A stretch of 64,000 nt of DNA from an uncultured delta proteobacterium (GCA_963745835.1 CAVUZH010000016.1:224001-288000), one strand, 5' to 3'; shown: positions 1-11,281, counted from the first letter of the stretch. Made by a program: numbers and translations. The notes: generated by a model from the sequence alone, not told the origin.

Positions 1-573
1 ATAGTGGCAGATAAACCGCCGGTCCATGTCGAGATCAGCTTTGGAATGAAGACACCGGGTGAAATCGTTGGAGCTGCCTAGATGGTCGAGAGCCACTTTG
101 CCCATCCGCGTCATGATGCGCATATTGAGCACCACATAGACGCTATCCGTGAGTTGCACCCCAACCTTACTGAAGGCGGAACCTTCCGGCCCCATGAGGA
201 AAGGAATGACATACATCGTTCGACCGCGCATCGCGCCGGCAAAAATCTTGGCAAGACGGTCATAAGACTCAGCCGGCGCCATCCAGTTGTTGTTGGGCCC
301 GGCTTCCTCTTCCGTTGGGGTGCAGACGAAGGTTAGATTTTCAGTGCGGGCGACATCGTTGAGAGCGCTTCGATGCAAATAGGAACCCGGCAATTTGTTT
401 TGGTTCAACGGCATCAAATCGCCGATTTCAACAGCGACTCCTGTAAGTTGCTCCCGTTCTGATTCGGAACCGTCACACCAAAAGACGTTGTCAGGTTGGC
501 ACATCGCTGCCATGTCCTTTACCCACTTTTGAATATGAGGATTTGCCGGTGCCTTTCCTGTTGAATTACTCAT
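1..573 (-). CDS. pckG: GTP-dependent phosphoenolpyruvate carboxykinase, N-terminal part (runs off window edge)
   Basis: Hand translation from ATG at 573: MSNSTGKAPANPHIQKWVKDMAAMCQPDNVFWCDGS...SYLHRSALNDVARTENLTFVCT...AGPNNNW...MRGRTMYVIPFLMGP...GVQLTDSVYVVLNMRIMTRMG; GGGAG RBS upstream; not in the ORF track. Confidence 0.93.
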   Translation of the reverse strand, partial: MSNSTGKAPANPHIQKWVKDMAAMCQPDNVFWCDGSESEREQLTGVAVEIGDLMPLNQNKLPGSYLHRSALNDVARTENLTFVCTPTEEEAGPNNNWMAPAESYDRLAKIFAGAMRGRTMYVIPFLMGPEGSAFSKVGVQLTDSVYVVLNMRIMTRMGKVALDHLGSSNDFTRCLHSKADLDMDRRFICHY

Positions 574-866
574 GCGCCACAATTCTCCCTTTCAAAACGA
601 CGCGAAGGTCGAGTCATCCTAGAACCCGCGGAATTTCTGGTCCGGCTAGACGACGAACCGAATCAAAAGCCAGACCGGCAAGCATTGCTCCAATAATAAA
701 ATTAGCCGATGAAAAGCGGCAATGTCAACTGAGTTGGGGGGCGGGCGCGTGATCGTAACGAGCGATGCTCATCTAGCTTTTCGAGAAGAGTCGACGATAA
801 GGGACTTCGAAACAGTGAAACTCGCATCGAGCCGGCGTCGACGTGGACGCCGATCCCGCACGGAGG

Positions 867-1778
867 TTATTCTTTGAACACGCGCAGTAACCGCCAACCG
901 CCGCTAGGAATATCCTCGTTCCAGCCGATCAAGGCGACCAGATCACCGCGCGCATCCAGTAAGCGTACCAGCTCCAGTTTTTCAAGAGGCTTGCCGATCT
1001 GGCTCAAGCATTCCTGCTGGCCCATACGGAGGCGGGCAAGCCAGCGGTGATCCCAAGTGATCCCTCTTAGATGGCTAAGCGCACTGCTCAACGAAATCAT
1101 CGCGCTCTCTGCTCGGGTGCTAAGTCGCTCAAGCTCATCGAGGCTCACCGCCCGCTCTATTGTTAGATGGCCGCAAGCGATTCGCCGCAAACTCTTCAAG
1201 TGCGCCCCGCAACCGAGCGTTTCACCCAGATCTGCAGCCAAGGTCCGCACATAAGTCCCTCGCGAGCAGGTAACGTCGATACCAACTTCCGTACAATTGA
1301 TCTGACGCAATTGGATAGAATCGATTTGGATTGTTCTCGGCAGCCGCGGCACTTCTTTGCCCTGCCGCGCCAGTTTGTACAGCCGCACTCCGTCTCTTTT
1401 TAGCGCCGAGAACATCGGCGGAGTCTGCTGCAGCTCGCCGCTGAACCGTTGCTCCAGAACACGCAGCTCACGGTCGCCAAGCGACGGAACCGGGCGCGTC
1501 TTCACCACAACGCCGGTGGAGTCCTGCGAATCGGTTGCTACTCCCAGGGTCACAACACCGCGGTAACTTTTCGGCGCGCGCAAAAAAATGTCCGAGATCT
1601 TAGTCCCTTCGTTTATTCCTAACAGTAGCAATCCCGAGGCAAAGGGATCGAGGGTGCCGAGATGGCCTACCTTTTTGGCGCCGAGAGAAACCTTTGCCCT
1701 GTGCACGATATGCGCCGAAGAAGGCCCTTCCGGCTTATCGACCAAAAGAAGACCGCTTTTTATCATCGATTTTTGCAC
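867..1778 (-). CDS. truB: tRNA pseudouridine(55) synthase
   Basis: GLLLVDKP, KVGHLGTLDPFASGLL, PPMFSALK, CSRGTYVR motifs; follows rbfA. Confidence 0.97.
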   Translation of the reverse strand: MQKSMIKSGLLLVDKPEGPSSAHIVHRAKVSLGAKKVGHLGTLDPFASGLLLLGINEGTKISDIFLRAPKSYRGVVTLGVATDSQDSTGVVVKTRPVPSLGDRELRVLEQRFSGELQQTPPMFSALKRDGVRLYKLARQGKEVPRLPRTIQIDSIQLRQINCTEVGIDVTCSRGTYVRTLAADLGETLGCGAHLKSLRRIACGHLTIERAVSLDELERLSTRAESAMISLSSALSHLRGITWDHRWLARLRMGQQECLSQIGKPLEKLELVRLLDARGDLVALIGWNEDIPSGGWRLLRVFKE

Positions 1779-1826
1779 GTTGGGAAAAACTTGAAGATGA
1801 GAGTTGCGGCTTTAAGCGAGACTAGG

Positions 1827-2171
1827 TTACTGCTTTACTTGCCTGAGAAGCTTCTCGATGCGCTCTGCCTCGTCGACAGAATCGTCGTAGAAAAATTCGA
1901 TAGCCGGAACGAAGCGAAGTTTGAGCTGTTTGCCGATTCTGGCACGGATAAATCCCAAGGCGCTCTTCAATCCCGCTAGCACCGCGTCCTTGTTCTCAGA
2001 AGCGCCGCCTAAAATGGTGAAGTAAATCCGCGCCTGCCGCAAATCCTTGGTTACCTTGGCAGCGGTAATCGTTACCGCAGTAACCCGAGGGTCGCGAATG
2101 TCTTCGCGCAACACGTCCGCGATAACTTCGGTGAGCAGTTCACCGACCCGTTCTGATCGCTGATAATCCAT
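1827..2171 (-). CDS. rbfA: 30S ribosome-binding factor A
   Basis: RSERVGE...IRDPRV...DLRQARIY...LRFVPAIEFFYD; operon position. Confidence 0.96.
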   Translation of the reverse strand: MDYQRSERVGELLTEVIADVLREDIRDPRVTAVTITAAKVTKDLRQARIYFTILGGASENKDAVLAGLKSALGFIRARIGKQLKLRFVPAIEFFYDDSVDEAERIEKLLRQVKQ

Positions 2172-2183
2172 GCATTGGAAGAG

Positions 2184-2468
2184 TTAGCAATAGAAGAACT
2201 CGATATCGGAATCGGCGACTTGGGCTAATCCGAGCTCATCAACGAAGTCGACGATTTTGTTAAGAGTTTTCTCAATGATTTCTTTATGGGTGCCGATCAA
2301 GCCAAAGCCCAGCACGGCGCTTTGCCATAGATCCTGATCGCCACATTCGGTCACTGACACGTTAAAGCGGTTGGCGACGCGCGCCTGAATACGTTTAAGC
2401 ACGCCGCGCTTGCCTTTCAACGAATGATTCTCGGGAAGTAGAAGATTCACCTTCAGAACCCCGACCAC
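2184..2468 (-). CDS. DUF503 (YlxP-like) protein
   Basis: HSLKGKR...RFNVSVTE..DQDLWQ signature; between infB and rbfA. Confidence 0.9.
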   Translation of the reverse strand: MVGVLKVNLLLPENHSLKGKRGVLKRIQARVANRFNVSVTECGDQDLWQSAVLGFGLIGTHKEIIEKTLNKIVDFVDELGLAQVADSDIEFFYC

Positions 2469-2509
2469 GGCGCTCGGAGTCGGATCTCGAGAATGCTTAC
2501 GGCCGATTG

Positions 2510-5293
2510 CTATCTCCCGGCATAATGGGAGGCTTCACGACCGCTTTGAACCGGGCTGATTCGCCGCACCACCGCAGTTCGCTCGTAAGCCTCGACGACA
2601 TCACCTTGCTTGATGTCCTGAAACCCTTCGATCGACAGACCGCATTCATAGCCGGCGGACACTTCCCGCACATCATCTTTGAAGCGTTTCAAACTGGCGA
2701 GTTTGCCCTCGTGCACGACCACATGGTCTCTCAAGATTCGCACTAAATTACCGCGCTGAATCTTGCCCTCGGTGACATAGCAGCCGGCGATGGTGCCGAC
2801 CCCTTGGATATTGAAAATCTGCCGGATATCGACTCGACCTTGGGTTTGCTCGCGGAAGGTGGGCTCCAACATGCCCTCCATCGCGGCCCGGACATCGGCC
2901 ACGGCCTCGTAAATGACCGTATAGAGGCGCACGTCGACACCTTCCTGCGACGCCAAAGCTTGGCCTTTAGATTCGGGACGGACATTGAAGCCAATCACGA
3001 TTGCGTTGGAGGCTGCGGCCAAAAGAATATCGCTCTCGGTAATGCCGCCAACCGAACCATGAAGGACTCGCAACTTTACTTCAGCTGTGGACATGCGCGT
3101 CAGCGCATCGGTAAGCGCCTCAACCGAACCTTGCACATCGGCTTTGACCACCACCCGTAGCTCCTTGACATCACCGGTCTTGATCTGATCATAAAGTTCT
3201 TCCAGCGACACTTTGCTCGATTTGACCAGCTCGGTTTCTCGTTGCTTAGTATGACGATGTTCGGCAACTTGCCTTGCCTTGGACTCGTCGGCCACCGCGA
3301 TGAAAGAGTCGCCGGCCTGCGGCACGCCTTGCAAACCGAGGATTTCGACCGGCGAAGAGGGCGGGGCGATCTCAACCTTCTGACCAAGATCGTTGATCAT
3401 AGCGCGCACTTTTCCATGGAACACGCCGCAAACGAACGCATCGCCGACGCGCAGCGTTCCTTCTTGAACCAGCACGGTGGCAACCGGCCCGCGTCCGCGA
3501 TCCAACTTTGCCTCAACGATCGCCCCACGCGCCAGCTTGTCGGGATTGGCTTGGAGCTCGAGAATATCCGCTTGCAACAGCAACATTTCCAGCAGGTGCG
3601 GAATTCCCTCCTGAGTTTTTGCCGAGACCGGAGCAAACACGGCATCGCCGCCCCAGTCTTCCGACACCAGACCATGTTCGGAAAGTCCCCGCTTCACACG
3701 CTCCAGATCTGCGTCTGGCTTGTCGATCTTGTTGACGGCAACGATGATCGGCACCTCCGCCGCGCGAGCGTGATTGATCGCTTCAACCGTTTGCGGCATG
3801 ACACCGTCATCAGCCGCCACAACCAGGACAACTATATCGGTGACTTTAGCGCCACGCGCCCGCATCGCCGTAAAAGCTTCGTGACCCGGCGTATCCAAAA
3901 ATGTGACACTGCGGCCATCAACCTGAACGTGATAGGCGCCGATGTGCTGCGTAATCCCGCCATGTTCCTGGGCCGTGACATTGGTGCTGCGAATGGCATC
4001 GAGCAGCGAGGTTTTGCCGTGGTCGACATGACCCATAATCGTCACGACAGGAGGGCGTGACACCAGCATCGATTCTTCTTCCACATGCTCGACTTCCAAA
4101 ACGCTCTCGGCATCGAAAGCAACATTTTCCACCTGATAGTCGAAATCGGCCGCCACCAACGTCGCCGTGTCAACATCCAACACCTGATTGATGCTGGCCA
4201 TCATGCCGAGACTCATTAGCTTCTTGATCACATCACCGGCCTTGATGCCCATCTCACGCGCCAAATCTCCCACCGTAATAACTTCTGAGATCCGGATGAC
4301 GCGTTTACTGGCGCGCGGCACGGTGATTTCAGTTTTTCGCTGTTCTTTGCCTGGCAGAGCGCGTTTCTTCTTTGGAATTCGGCCGGAGCGGAGCTCTTTC
4401 TCCCGAAATTCCAAGACATCTTGTTTTTTAACGACTCGTTTCTTGTGGCGGCCGGCTTTAGGCTTCTCGGCTTCTCCGGCAGCAGGTTTGGCTGCTTCGC
4501 CATCGCGCGCCGGCCGTGCTGCCTCATTTGCGGCTGGCGGAACTCCGGGCGATCCCGGCACCGGACGCCGTGGCGCAGACGGTGCCGCCGGAGCGATCGT
4601 GACGGTACGCTTTAAATCGATGCGGCCGAGAACTCGCGCGCCGCGTGGGGCTTCCTTCGGCGCCGCAGCTGGCGCTGCCACTGTCTGGGCTTGAGGCGGC
4701 GGAGCAGAAGGGGACGACACTGGCGGTCGATCGCGTACCGGAACTGGCTGCGCTTGCCTCTCTTCCGCTGAAACCGGCTCCTCGATTTCACCCGGCATCT
4801 CTTCCGCTTCTTCATGATGTGAAACATCGCCCTCGGGCACAATCGCGTTTAAAGCCGAATCATCCTCATAGAAAGGCATGGTGGCGGCTAGGTCTTCGAA
4901 ATCGGCACTGGGTTGTGGGATGGGCGTGGAAACCGCTTCGGCTTGACTTGAATCGGCCTCATGGGTTTCTGCCTGAACCTCGACTCGACTCGTCCTTCGA
5001 CGAATCACGTTGGCGCGAACGCGGCGTTCAACGATGGTCTCGCGGGCCTGGATCTCGCCTAAGCTTTCGTCATCGGCGGTCACAACTCGGTCGGCCACAA
5101 CCTTCTCTTCGCCGACGTGCACGTGCGGTTTTTCCTGTGCCGCTAAAGCAGCGCGCACCCGAGTGACTTCCTCATCCTCGAGGGAGCTTTGGGCCTTGCG
5201 CCCCCTGATTCCCAAACGCTCGAGTTGAGCGACCAGATCCTTGGTCTCCATCTCCAACTCTTTCGCCAATAGATGGACTCGCATTTTTCCCAT
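2510..5293 (-). CDS. infB: translation initiation factor IF-2
   Basis: [32 protein letters not shown] GTPase motifs. Confidence 0.99.
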   Translation of the reverse strand: MGKMRVHLLAKELEMETKDLVAQLERLGIRGRKAQSSLEDEEVTRVRAALAAQEKPHVHVGEEKVVADRVVTADDESLGEIQARETIVERRVRANVIRRRTSRVEVQAETHEADSSQAEAVSTPIPQPSADFEDLAATMPFYEDDSALNAIVPEGDVSHHEEAEEMPGEIEEPVSAEERQAQPVPVRDRPPVSSPSAPPPQAQTVAAPAAAPKEAPRGARVLGRIDLKRTVTIAPAAPSAPRRPVPGSPGVPPAANEAARPARDGEAAKPAAGEAEKPKAGRHKKRVVKKQDVLEFREKELRSGRIPKKKRALPGKEQRKTEITVPRASKRVIRISEVITVGDLAREMGIKAGDVIKKLMSLGMMASINQVLDVDTATLVAADFDYQVENVAFDAESVLEVEHVEEESMLVSRPPVVTIMGHVDHGKTSLLDAIRSTNVTAQEHGGITQHIGAYHVQVDGRSVTFLDTPGHEAFTAMRARGAKVTDIVVLVVAADDGVMPQTVEAINHARAAEVPIIVAVNKIDKPDADLERVKRGLSEHGLVSEDWGGDAVFAPVSAKTQEGIPHLLEMLLLQADILELQANPDKLARGAIVEAKLDRGRGPVATVLVQEGTLRVGDAFVCGVFHGKVRAMINDLGQKVEIAPPSSPVEILGLQGVPQAGDSFIAVADESKARQVAEHRHTKQRETELVKSSKVSLEELYDQIKTGDVKELRVVVKADVQGSVEALTDALTRMSTAEVKLRVLHGSVGGITESDILLAAASNAIVIGFNVRPESKGQALASQEGVDVRLYTVIYEAVADVRAAMEGMLEPTFREQTQGRVDIRQIFNIQGVGTIAGCYVTEGKIQRGNLVRILRDHVVVHEGKLASLKRFKDDVREVSAGYECGLSIEGFQDIKQGDVVEAYERTAVVRRISPVQSGREASHYAGR

Positions 5294-5296
5294 CTG

Positions 5297-5587
5297 TTAC
5301 TCCCGATAACCCTCGCTCAAGATCTGAATAAGCTTTTGTTTTGCTTCTTTGCTGATGTTCACACGAAATGCCCGGTGCGTGTTCTTGCGCCGGAGGAACG
5401 CTTGCCAGCAGTCGTGCCGGTGATGAAGATAACCGCCGCGCCCGTATCCTCTTGAATCGGTGATTAACTCGCCGTCTGCGCCAATGATGATACGAATAAG
5501 GCTTTTCTGATCGTCCCTAACACCACATCCGAGACACGTTCGCTGCGGACGATGTTCATCCCTTGCCAACGAGCCGTCGATCATCAA
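5297..5587 (-). CDS. ylxR: YlxR/DUF448 RNA-binding protein
   Basis: PQRTCLGC...GRGGYL motif; between nusA and infB. Confidence 0.9.
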   Translation of the reverse strand: MMIDGSLARDEHRPQRTCLGCGVRDDQKSLIRIIIGADGELITDSRGYGRGGYLHHRHDCWQAFLRRKNTHRAFRVNISKEAKQKLIQILSEGYRE

Positions 5588-6951
5588 TCCCTTGTAATTC
5601 CTTGCGCCGGATCGGACGCAACCGCTGTGTCGTCAGGCGCCACAGTCTCAGACGGCGCCGTTTCATGCGTGTGCTCAGCCGCGTTGGCCTTTTCTTCCTC
5701 TGCTTTCAAGCGCTTTTCGGCGACATATTCCTTAGCCGATTTGTGCAACGATTCAGCTTTTTCTTTGCTGATGCCTTCGACGTCGAGAATATCCTCGAGC
5801 TCGCTTTCCGCAATTTCCTCCGCCGATTTAAACCCGGCTTGATAGAGTAGCTCAGCAGCAAAATCGTTGATGCCGGGTATCGCGCCGATCGACATACGCG
5901 CGCGGCGCGTCTCTTCTTCGGCCTCCGCTTCGCTGCGAACATCGATGCGCCAGCCGGTCAGCCGCGCGGCCAACCGGACATTTTGCCCCTTCTTGCCGAT
6001 GGCCAACGACAGCTGATCGTCCGGCACAATCACTTCCATGCTGTGCTCGTCGTCGTCGATAATGATCTTGGATACCTTGGCTGGCGCCAAAGCTCGGCAA
6101 ACATATTCCGCTTGGTCCGGTATCCAGTGCACAATGTCGATCTTTTCGCCGCGCAGCTCCTGAACAACCGCCTGAACACGAGTGCCTTTCATGCCAACGC
6201 AGGCGCCGACCGGATCGACGTCCGAATCATTGGAAATCACCGCGATCTTTGCTCTGCCGCCCGGTTCACGCGCGGCCCCTTTGACTTCAACAATACCCTC
6301 GTAAATCTCCGGTACTTCCTGAGCGAACAGTTGGATCAACATGCCCGGATGGGTGCGCGACAAAACAATTTGCGGACCCCGGCTGGTAATCTCCACACTG
6401 ACGATATAGGCGCGGATCCGATCACCCTGTCGATATCGCTCTCGGGGAACCTGTTCCTTCTCAGGCAGTATCGCGTCGGTGCGCCCTAAATTGACGATGA
6501 TGTTGCGCCGCTCGAACCGTTGCACGATGCCATTGACGAGCTGCCCTTCGCGGCCTTTGAACTCGTTGTAGATAATTTCGCGCTCGGCATCGCGCACACG
6601 TTGGACGATATTTTGTTTGGCTGCCTGAGCGGCAATGCGGCCGAACATGCTGGAATCCAGCTTACACAGCAGCTCATCGCCAATCTCAGCATCCGGATCC
6701 AAGCTCTCTTTGGCCTCGTTCAAGGTGACCTCAACCGCGGCATCGGTAACACTCTCCACGACCGTTTTGGCTTCGAAAAGCTCCACTTCGCCAATTTCCG
6801 GATTAAACTGTGCTTCGATTTTGCGCTGATGACCAAATGTTTTCTTGGCGGCGGAAACCATCGCAGTTTCCAAGGCGGCGATAAGGATCGACTTGTCGAT
6901 CCCCTTCTCTTTGCTTACCTGCTCGATAACCCGGTTTAGATCCTGCTGCAT
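5584..6951 (-). CDS. nusA: transcription termination/antitermination factor NusA
   Basis: FGRIAAQAAKQ, AREPGGRAKIAV, DPVGACVGMKG, AIGKKGQNVRLA. Confidence 0.99.
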   Translation of the reverse strand: MQQDLNRVIEQVSKEKGIDKSILIAALETAMVSAAKKTFGHQRKIEAQFNPEIGEVELFEAKTVVESVTDAAVEVTLNEAKESLDPDAEIGDELLCKLDSSMFGRIAAQAAKQNIVQRVRDAEREIIYNEFKGREGQLVNGIVQRFERRNIIVNLGRTDAILPEKEQVPRERYRQGDRIRAYIVSVEITSRGPQIVLSRTHPGMLIQLFAQEVPEIYEGIVEVKGAAREPGGRAKIAVISNDSDVDPVGACVGMKGTRVQAVVQELRGEKIDIVHWIPDQAEYVCRALAPAKVSKIIIDDDEHSMEVIVPDDQLSLAIGKKGQNVRLAARLTGWRIDVRSEAEAEEETRRARMSIGAIPGINDFAAELLYQAGFKSAEEIAESELEDILDVEGISKEKAESLHKSAKEYVAEKRLKAEEEKANAAEHTHETAPSETVAPDDTAVASDPAQGITRD

Positions 6952-7425
6952 TTACGCGCTCCAATCGTGCTCGTAATTCGATTTTTCAATCATCGAAAAC
7001 GGAATTTCGTACTGTTTGCCTTCGACCTCAACTTTAATCTTCTCGTCGGTTATCTCGCTGAGAATTCCCAAGAAAGAGCGCCGTCCATCGATCATATCGC
7101 CGGTTCGAACACGCACACGCTTGCCGATGAATCGTCGAAAGTGCTCCGGCTTTTTAAGTGGACGGTTGATACCCGGCGAGGATACTTCCAGGGTGTAAGA
7201 TCCCTCTACAATGTCATGAGTGTCGAGAAGCTCGCTGAGTTGCCGGCTGACCCGTCCCAGCTCGTCGATGTTGGGACCGCCGTCTTTATCGAGGTAGAGC
7301 CGTAGAACTCTTCCGCCTCGGCTACCTTCGCGCCTGAGTTCTACGTCGACGACTTCCATCCCTTCACCGTCCGCAATCTGGGTTGCAACTTCCCATATTC
7401 GCGAGACGGTTCGATCTATTACCAT
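6952..7425 (-). CDS. rimP: ribosome maturation factor RimP (start trimmed to ATG 7425)
   Basis: LRLYLDK, YTLEVSSPGINRPL; the ORF-track extension to 7509 runs through the leader hairpin. Confidence 0.95.
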   Translation of the reverse strand: MVIDRTVSRIWEVATQIADGEGMEVVDVELRREGSRGGRVLRLYLDKDGGPNIDELGRVSRQLSELLDTHDIVEGSYTLEVSSPGINRPLKKPEHFRRFIGKRVRVRTGDMIDGRRSFLGILSEITDEKIKVEVEGKQYEIPFSMIEKSNYEHDWSA

Positions 7426-7435
7426 AGCCCAGAAA

Positions 7436-7461
7436 CAAAAAAAGCGGGCAGAGCCCACTTC
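7436..7461 (-). promoter_or_regulatory. rimP leader hairpin / attenuator-like terminator
   Basis: Minus strand GAAGTGGGC-TCT-GCCCGCTTTTTTTG directly upstream of rimP, matching the known rimP-leader motif. Confidence 0.8.
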
Positions 7462-7590
7462 GAGTCGCAACTCCAAAAGTGTAGTTTTTTCTACCACGGA
7501 GCCGCTCATTAATGCAAGCCCCAGCGGCGCTGTAACGGTTGCCTAATAGAGTTTATTTGCTATGCTTTTCCACGCCCGCCAATCCACGTC

Positions 7591-8700
7591 ATGAAAACAA
7601 TCAAGCCGCTGTCCACTCCCCTTGAACGACAGATCTCATGGGAGCAGATTCTATCCAGCGTTGAAGACGGGGTGATTACCCTGGATCGCAGCGGCAAAGT
7701 TTCTTTCTTCAATGAGGCGGCGGAAATGCTCACCGATCTGGCGGCGTCGCGGGCTATGAGCTTGTCATTTCTACGGATCTTTCGCAAAGAAACTTGGCTG
7801 GTGGAATTGATTAAAAAGAGCTTTCCACCAACGCAGGAAAGCGCCAGAGGCGAAGGCGATCTCGTATCGCGGTGGGGGAAAAAGGTGCCCGTAGGCGTTA
7901 CCGTGTCTCCGCTTCTAGAGCCCGATGGCAGCTGCCTTGGCAGCATCCTGCTGGTGCGCAATCTAACCCATCACAAGGAACTGGAAGAAGATCTCAAGCG
8001 CGCAGACCGTCTAGCGATGGTTGGCACTTTGGCCGCGGGATTGGCGCACGAAATTCGCAATCCGCTCGGCGGCATCAAAGGCGCCGCGCAGTTATTGCGC
8101 CGTTCTTTGGATCCCGATTCTTCACTGCTCGAATACACCAACATCATGAATCGGGAGGTCGACCGGGTCAACCTCCTAATCGAGCAACTGCTCGATCTAT
8201 CGCGACCGGCAAAACTGGAGATCGTTTCAATAAACATTCACCAAGTTCTGGAAGAGGTTCTCTCGCTGGAGCTGAAAACGCAAGCCGGACCAACTGTCGA
8301 TGTCAAAAAACGCTTCGATCCAAGTCTGCCGCCGATTCGCGGCGATCGGAATCGGCTCACGCAGGTTTTTCTAAATCTGGTGAAGAATGGCTATCAAGCG
8401 ATGAACGGGTCGGGGACTTTGACGATTACGACACGTCTGGAGACCGATAGGCATGTTCGCGGCCAGGGCGCCGGACGAAGTAGGTTTATCTGGGTGGAAA
8501 TTGCGGACCACGGAGTTGGCATCAAGGACGAAGACCTGCTGCATATTTTTTCGCCGTTCTTCACGACCAAAAACAGCGGCACTGGCCTTGGACTCGCCGT
8601 TTGTTATTGGATTATAAAAGAACACGGCGGAATTATTCGCGTCGAGAGCGTCGAGGGAAAAGGATCCACTTTCAAAGTCTCTTTAGTGGTAGCGGATTAG
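7591..8700 (+). CDS. ntrB: PAS sensor histidine kinase, NtrB/GlnL-like
   Basis: N-terminal PAS; H-box AHEIRNPLGGIKGAAQLL typical of NtrB; N, G1, F and G2 boxes. Confidence 0.85.
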   Translation: MKTIKPLSTPLERQISWEQILSSVEDGVITLDRSGKVSFFNEAAEMLTDLAASRAMSLSFLRIFRKETWLVELIKKSFPPTQESARGEGDLVSRWGKKVPVGVTVSPLLEPDGSCLGSILLVRNLTHHKELEEDLKRADRLAMVGTLAAGLAHEIRNPLGGIKGAAQLLRRSLDPDSSLLEYTNIMNREVDRVNLLIEQLLDLSRPAKLEIVSINIHQVLEEVLSLELKTQAGPTVDVKKRFDPSLPPIRGDRNRLTQVFLNLVKNGYQAMNGSGTLTITTRLETDRHVRGQGAGRSRFIWVEIADHGVGIKDEDLLHIFSPFFTTKNSGTGLGLAVCYWIIKEHGGIIRVESVEGKGSTFKVSLVVAD

Positions 8701-8701
8701 C

Positions 8702-10147
8702 ATGGACCAAGGGAAGATTCTGGTTGCGGAAGATGAAGAGTCGCTTCGCTTCGTCTTGAAGAAAGCGCTCGAGGAGGAAGGTTACTGGGTCCAGACCGCG
8801 GTAGATGGATCGGGCGCGCGCCAATCTCTTAGCGACTGCAATTTCGATGTCGCGCTTTTGGACATAAAGCTGCCTGACGTTGATGGATTGACTGTGCTCA
8901 AGAAGAGCAAAGACGACGGCATCGACACGGCTATGATTATTATGACCGCGCAAAGCACCATGCGGAATGCCATCGGCGCGATGAAAAGCGGCGCCTTCGA
9001 TTACATCACCAAGCCGTTTGATCTCGACGAGGTTCTGGTCTTGGTCAAACGCGCGGTGGATAGCCGCAAGCTCACCCGTGATTTCCGCGAGCTCAAGGAA
9101 GAAGTGAAAAAGCGCTTCGAACCCGGCGTCAATATCATCGGCACCAGCTCGAGCATGCAACGGGTTTACAAAATCATCGGCCAGGTTGTCGATAACCAGG
9201 CGACGATCTTGATCCAAGGCGAAAGCGGTAGCGGTAAAGAACTCGTCGCCAAAACGATCCACTACAATTCGCCGCGTTGGAATCAGCCATTTATCCCGAT
9301 CAACTGCGCCGCGATCCCTCGTGATCTCTTGGAAAGCGAGCTCTTCGGCCACGAGCGCGGCGCTTTTACCGGCGCTCTCGATAGAAGAATCGGCAAGTTC
9401 GAGCTGGCCCAGGGCGGCACTCTGTTTCTCGATGAGGTCGGCGATATTCCACTTGAACTCCAGACCAAGCTACTGCGCGTTTTACAGGACCGCGAGTACA
9501 GCCGGATCGGCGGGCGAGAGGTACTGAAGGCCGACGTCCGCATTCTTGCCGCAACCAATCAAGACCTGGACAAAGCAGTCCATGACAAGCGTTTCCGAGA
9601 AGACCTCTATTTCCGCTTGAAGGTGATTCCCATTTACCTGCCGGCGCTGCGAGAGCGTCGCGGCGATATTTCGCTTTTGATCGGCTATTTTATCGACAAA
9701 ATAAATCGCGAGATGGGCATTCAAATTTCCGGGGTTTCGCCTGAGGCGTTACGGCTCCTGGAAGAACACTCATGGCCCGGCAACGTCCGTGAGTTGGAAA
9801 ATACTCTGATTCGCGCTGCCGTACTGTCGTCGGGCCCGATTTTATTTCCCAAAGACTTCAATTTACAAAACCAGCAATCTGCGGCGGTCCCGGAAATCGA
9901 TCAGCTCTCGCTCGAGGAAGTCTTTCGACACAAACTGGAGGACTACTTCCGCCGGACTGAAGGAGTAGAGGTAGACAACCTCTACCCGTTGGTGATCGAG
10001 CGCATCGAACGCCCGCTGATCGAGCTGACCCTCAAGAAAACCCGCGGCAATCAAATTCGCGCCGCCCAGATTCTCGGCATCAATCGAAATACCTTGCGTA
10101 AAAAGATCACTGATCTGCGCATCGAGCTAAAAAAAGAGAGTTCTTGA
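8702..10147 (+). CDS. ntrC: sigma-54-dependent response regulator, NtrC-like
   Basis: Receiver domain, GESGSGKE Walker A, GAFTGA, Fis-type HTH GNQIRAAQILGINRNTLRKK. Confidence 0.88.
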   Translation: MDQGKILVAEDEESLRFVLKKALEEEGYWVQTAVDGSGARQSLSDCNFDVALLDIKLPDVDGLTVLKKSKDDGIDTAMIIMTAQSTMRNAIGAMKSGAFDYITKPFDLDEVLVLVKRAVDSRKLTRDFRELKEEVKKRFEPGVNIIGTSSSMQRVYKIIGQVVDNQATILIQGESGSGKELVAKTIHYNSPRWNQPFIPINCAAIPRDLLESELFGHERGAFTGALDRRIGKFELAQGGTLFLDEVGDIPLELQTKLLRVLQDREYSRIGGREVLKADVRILAATNQDLDKAVHDKRFREDLYFRLKVIPIYLPALRERRGDISLLIGYFIDKINREMGIQISGVSPEALRLLEEHSWPGNVRELENTLIRAAVLSSGPILFPKDFNLQNQQSAAVPEIDQLSLEEVFRHKLEDYFRRTEGVEVDNLYPLVIERIERPLIELTLKKTRGNQIRAAQILGINRNTLRKKITDLRIELKKESS

Positions 10148-10171
10148 CGTGATCTTGCAGAAACCCAGCGG

Positions 10172-10784
10172 GTGACGCTACCAGCGCTGTACGCGATCCT
10201 TGACCCCCAGCAAATCGATACTCGCTCGCCCGAAAAGCGTTCTGTTCCAGCTGCTGCAAGGAGGGGCCAAGATGATTCAGTTGCGCGCTAAAGCAATGTC
10301 ATCGAGAGACTTCCTTCACCTCGCGCAAAAAGCGCGCGAGCTGACGACCCCCTACGATTGCAAATTGATCGTCAATGACCGCATCGATATAGCGCTGGGT
10401 AGCGCGGCCGACGGAGTTCATCTAGGTCAGCAAGATTTGCCCCTACAGGTCGGCAGAAAATTGTTGGGCGACAGGCTCATCGGCATTTCGACGCACAGTC
10501 TCGAGCAGGCGAAAGAAGCGGAAGCAAACGGCGCAGATTACATAGGATTTGGGCCGATATTTGGCACGGCCACGAAAAACACCGGCTACACGGCGCGCGG
10601 TTTGGAGATGCTAGCGCGGATCAAAGCGGCAGTTACTTTACCCATTGTCGCCATCGGCGGGATTACGGAAGCAAACATTCAAAATGTTTGGCAGGCGGGC
10701 GCTGACTCAGTGGCAATTATCAGCGATATTTTAAAAGCCGACGAGGTCGCAGCCAAGGTAAGCGCAATCCTGGCGCGCCGTTGA
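10172..10784 (+). CDS. thiE: thiamine-phosphate synthase with a +1 frameshift near 10233-10236
   Basis: GTG 10172 reads MTLPALYAILD (ThiE N-terminus); the body IQLRAK, IVNDRIDIA, GVHLGQQD, GISTHS, AIGGI is in another frame. Confidence 0.9.
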
Positions 10785-10807
10785 GCTCGAGTACCGCCGT
10801 AAACGAT

Positions 10808-11281
10808 ATGAACAGGAGCAGTTTTCACCAGCCGCCGGAGAATCGTTACTTCGAAGATTACATCCCCGGAGCCGTGCATGAGTTTGGCTCGATCCTTGTC
10901 GATGAGGAGGAAGTCCTCGACTTCGGCAAACGCTATGTGCCGTTGTCTTATCATATCGACAAAGAAACGGCGCAGAAGAGCATCTATGGCGGTCTGATCG
11001 CAAGCGGGTGGCACACCGCCGCGCTGATGATGCGCCTCTATACCGATAACTACCTGTCAAAAATAAACAATTTGGGTTCGCCGGGATGCGATGCATTACG
11101 CTGGGAAAAACCCGTTTTTCCCGGCGACCGGCTGTCAGTTCGGGTGACGGTTTTAGAAGCCCGCATTTCACAGTCCAAGCCGGATCGCGGCATCATCCGA
11201 TCATTTGTCGAAGTTCTCAATCAGAAAGGCGATGTCGCCATGAGCCTGGAAATGGTCAACTTCGTGCGAACTCGAGATTGA
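10808..11281 (+). CDS. MaoC-family hotdog dehydratase
   Basis: RYFEDY, GGLIASGWHT, LRWEKPVFPGD. Confidence 0.9.
   Translation: MNRSSFHQPPENRYFEDYIPGAVHEFGSILVDEEEVLDFGKRYVPLSYHIDKETAQKSIYGGLIASGWHTAALMMRLYTDNYLSKINNLGSPGCDALRWEKPVFPGDRLSVRVTVLEARISQSKPDRGIIRSFVEVLNQKGDVAMSLEMVNFVRTRD

Noticed and set aside
82-752. Plus-strand ORFs 82..336 and 543..752
   Set aside because: Antisense shadows of pckG
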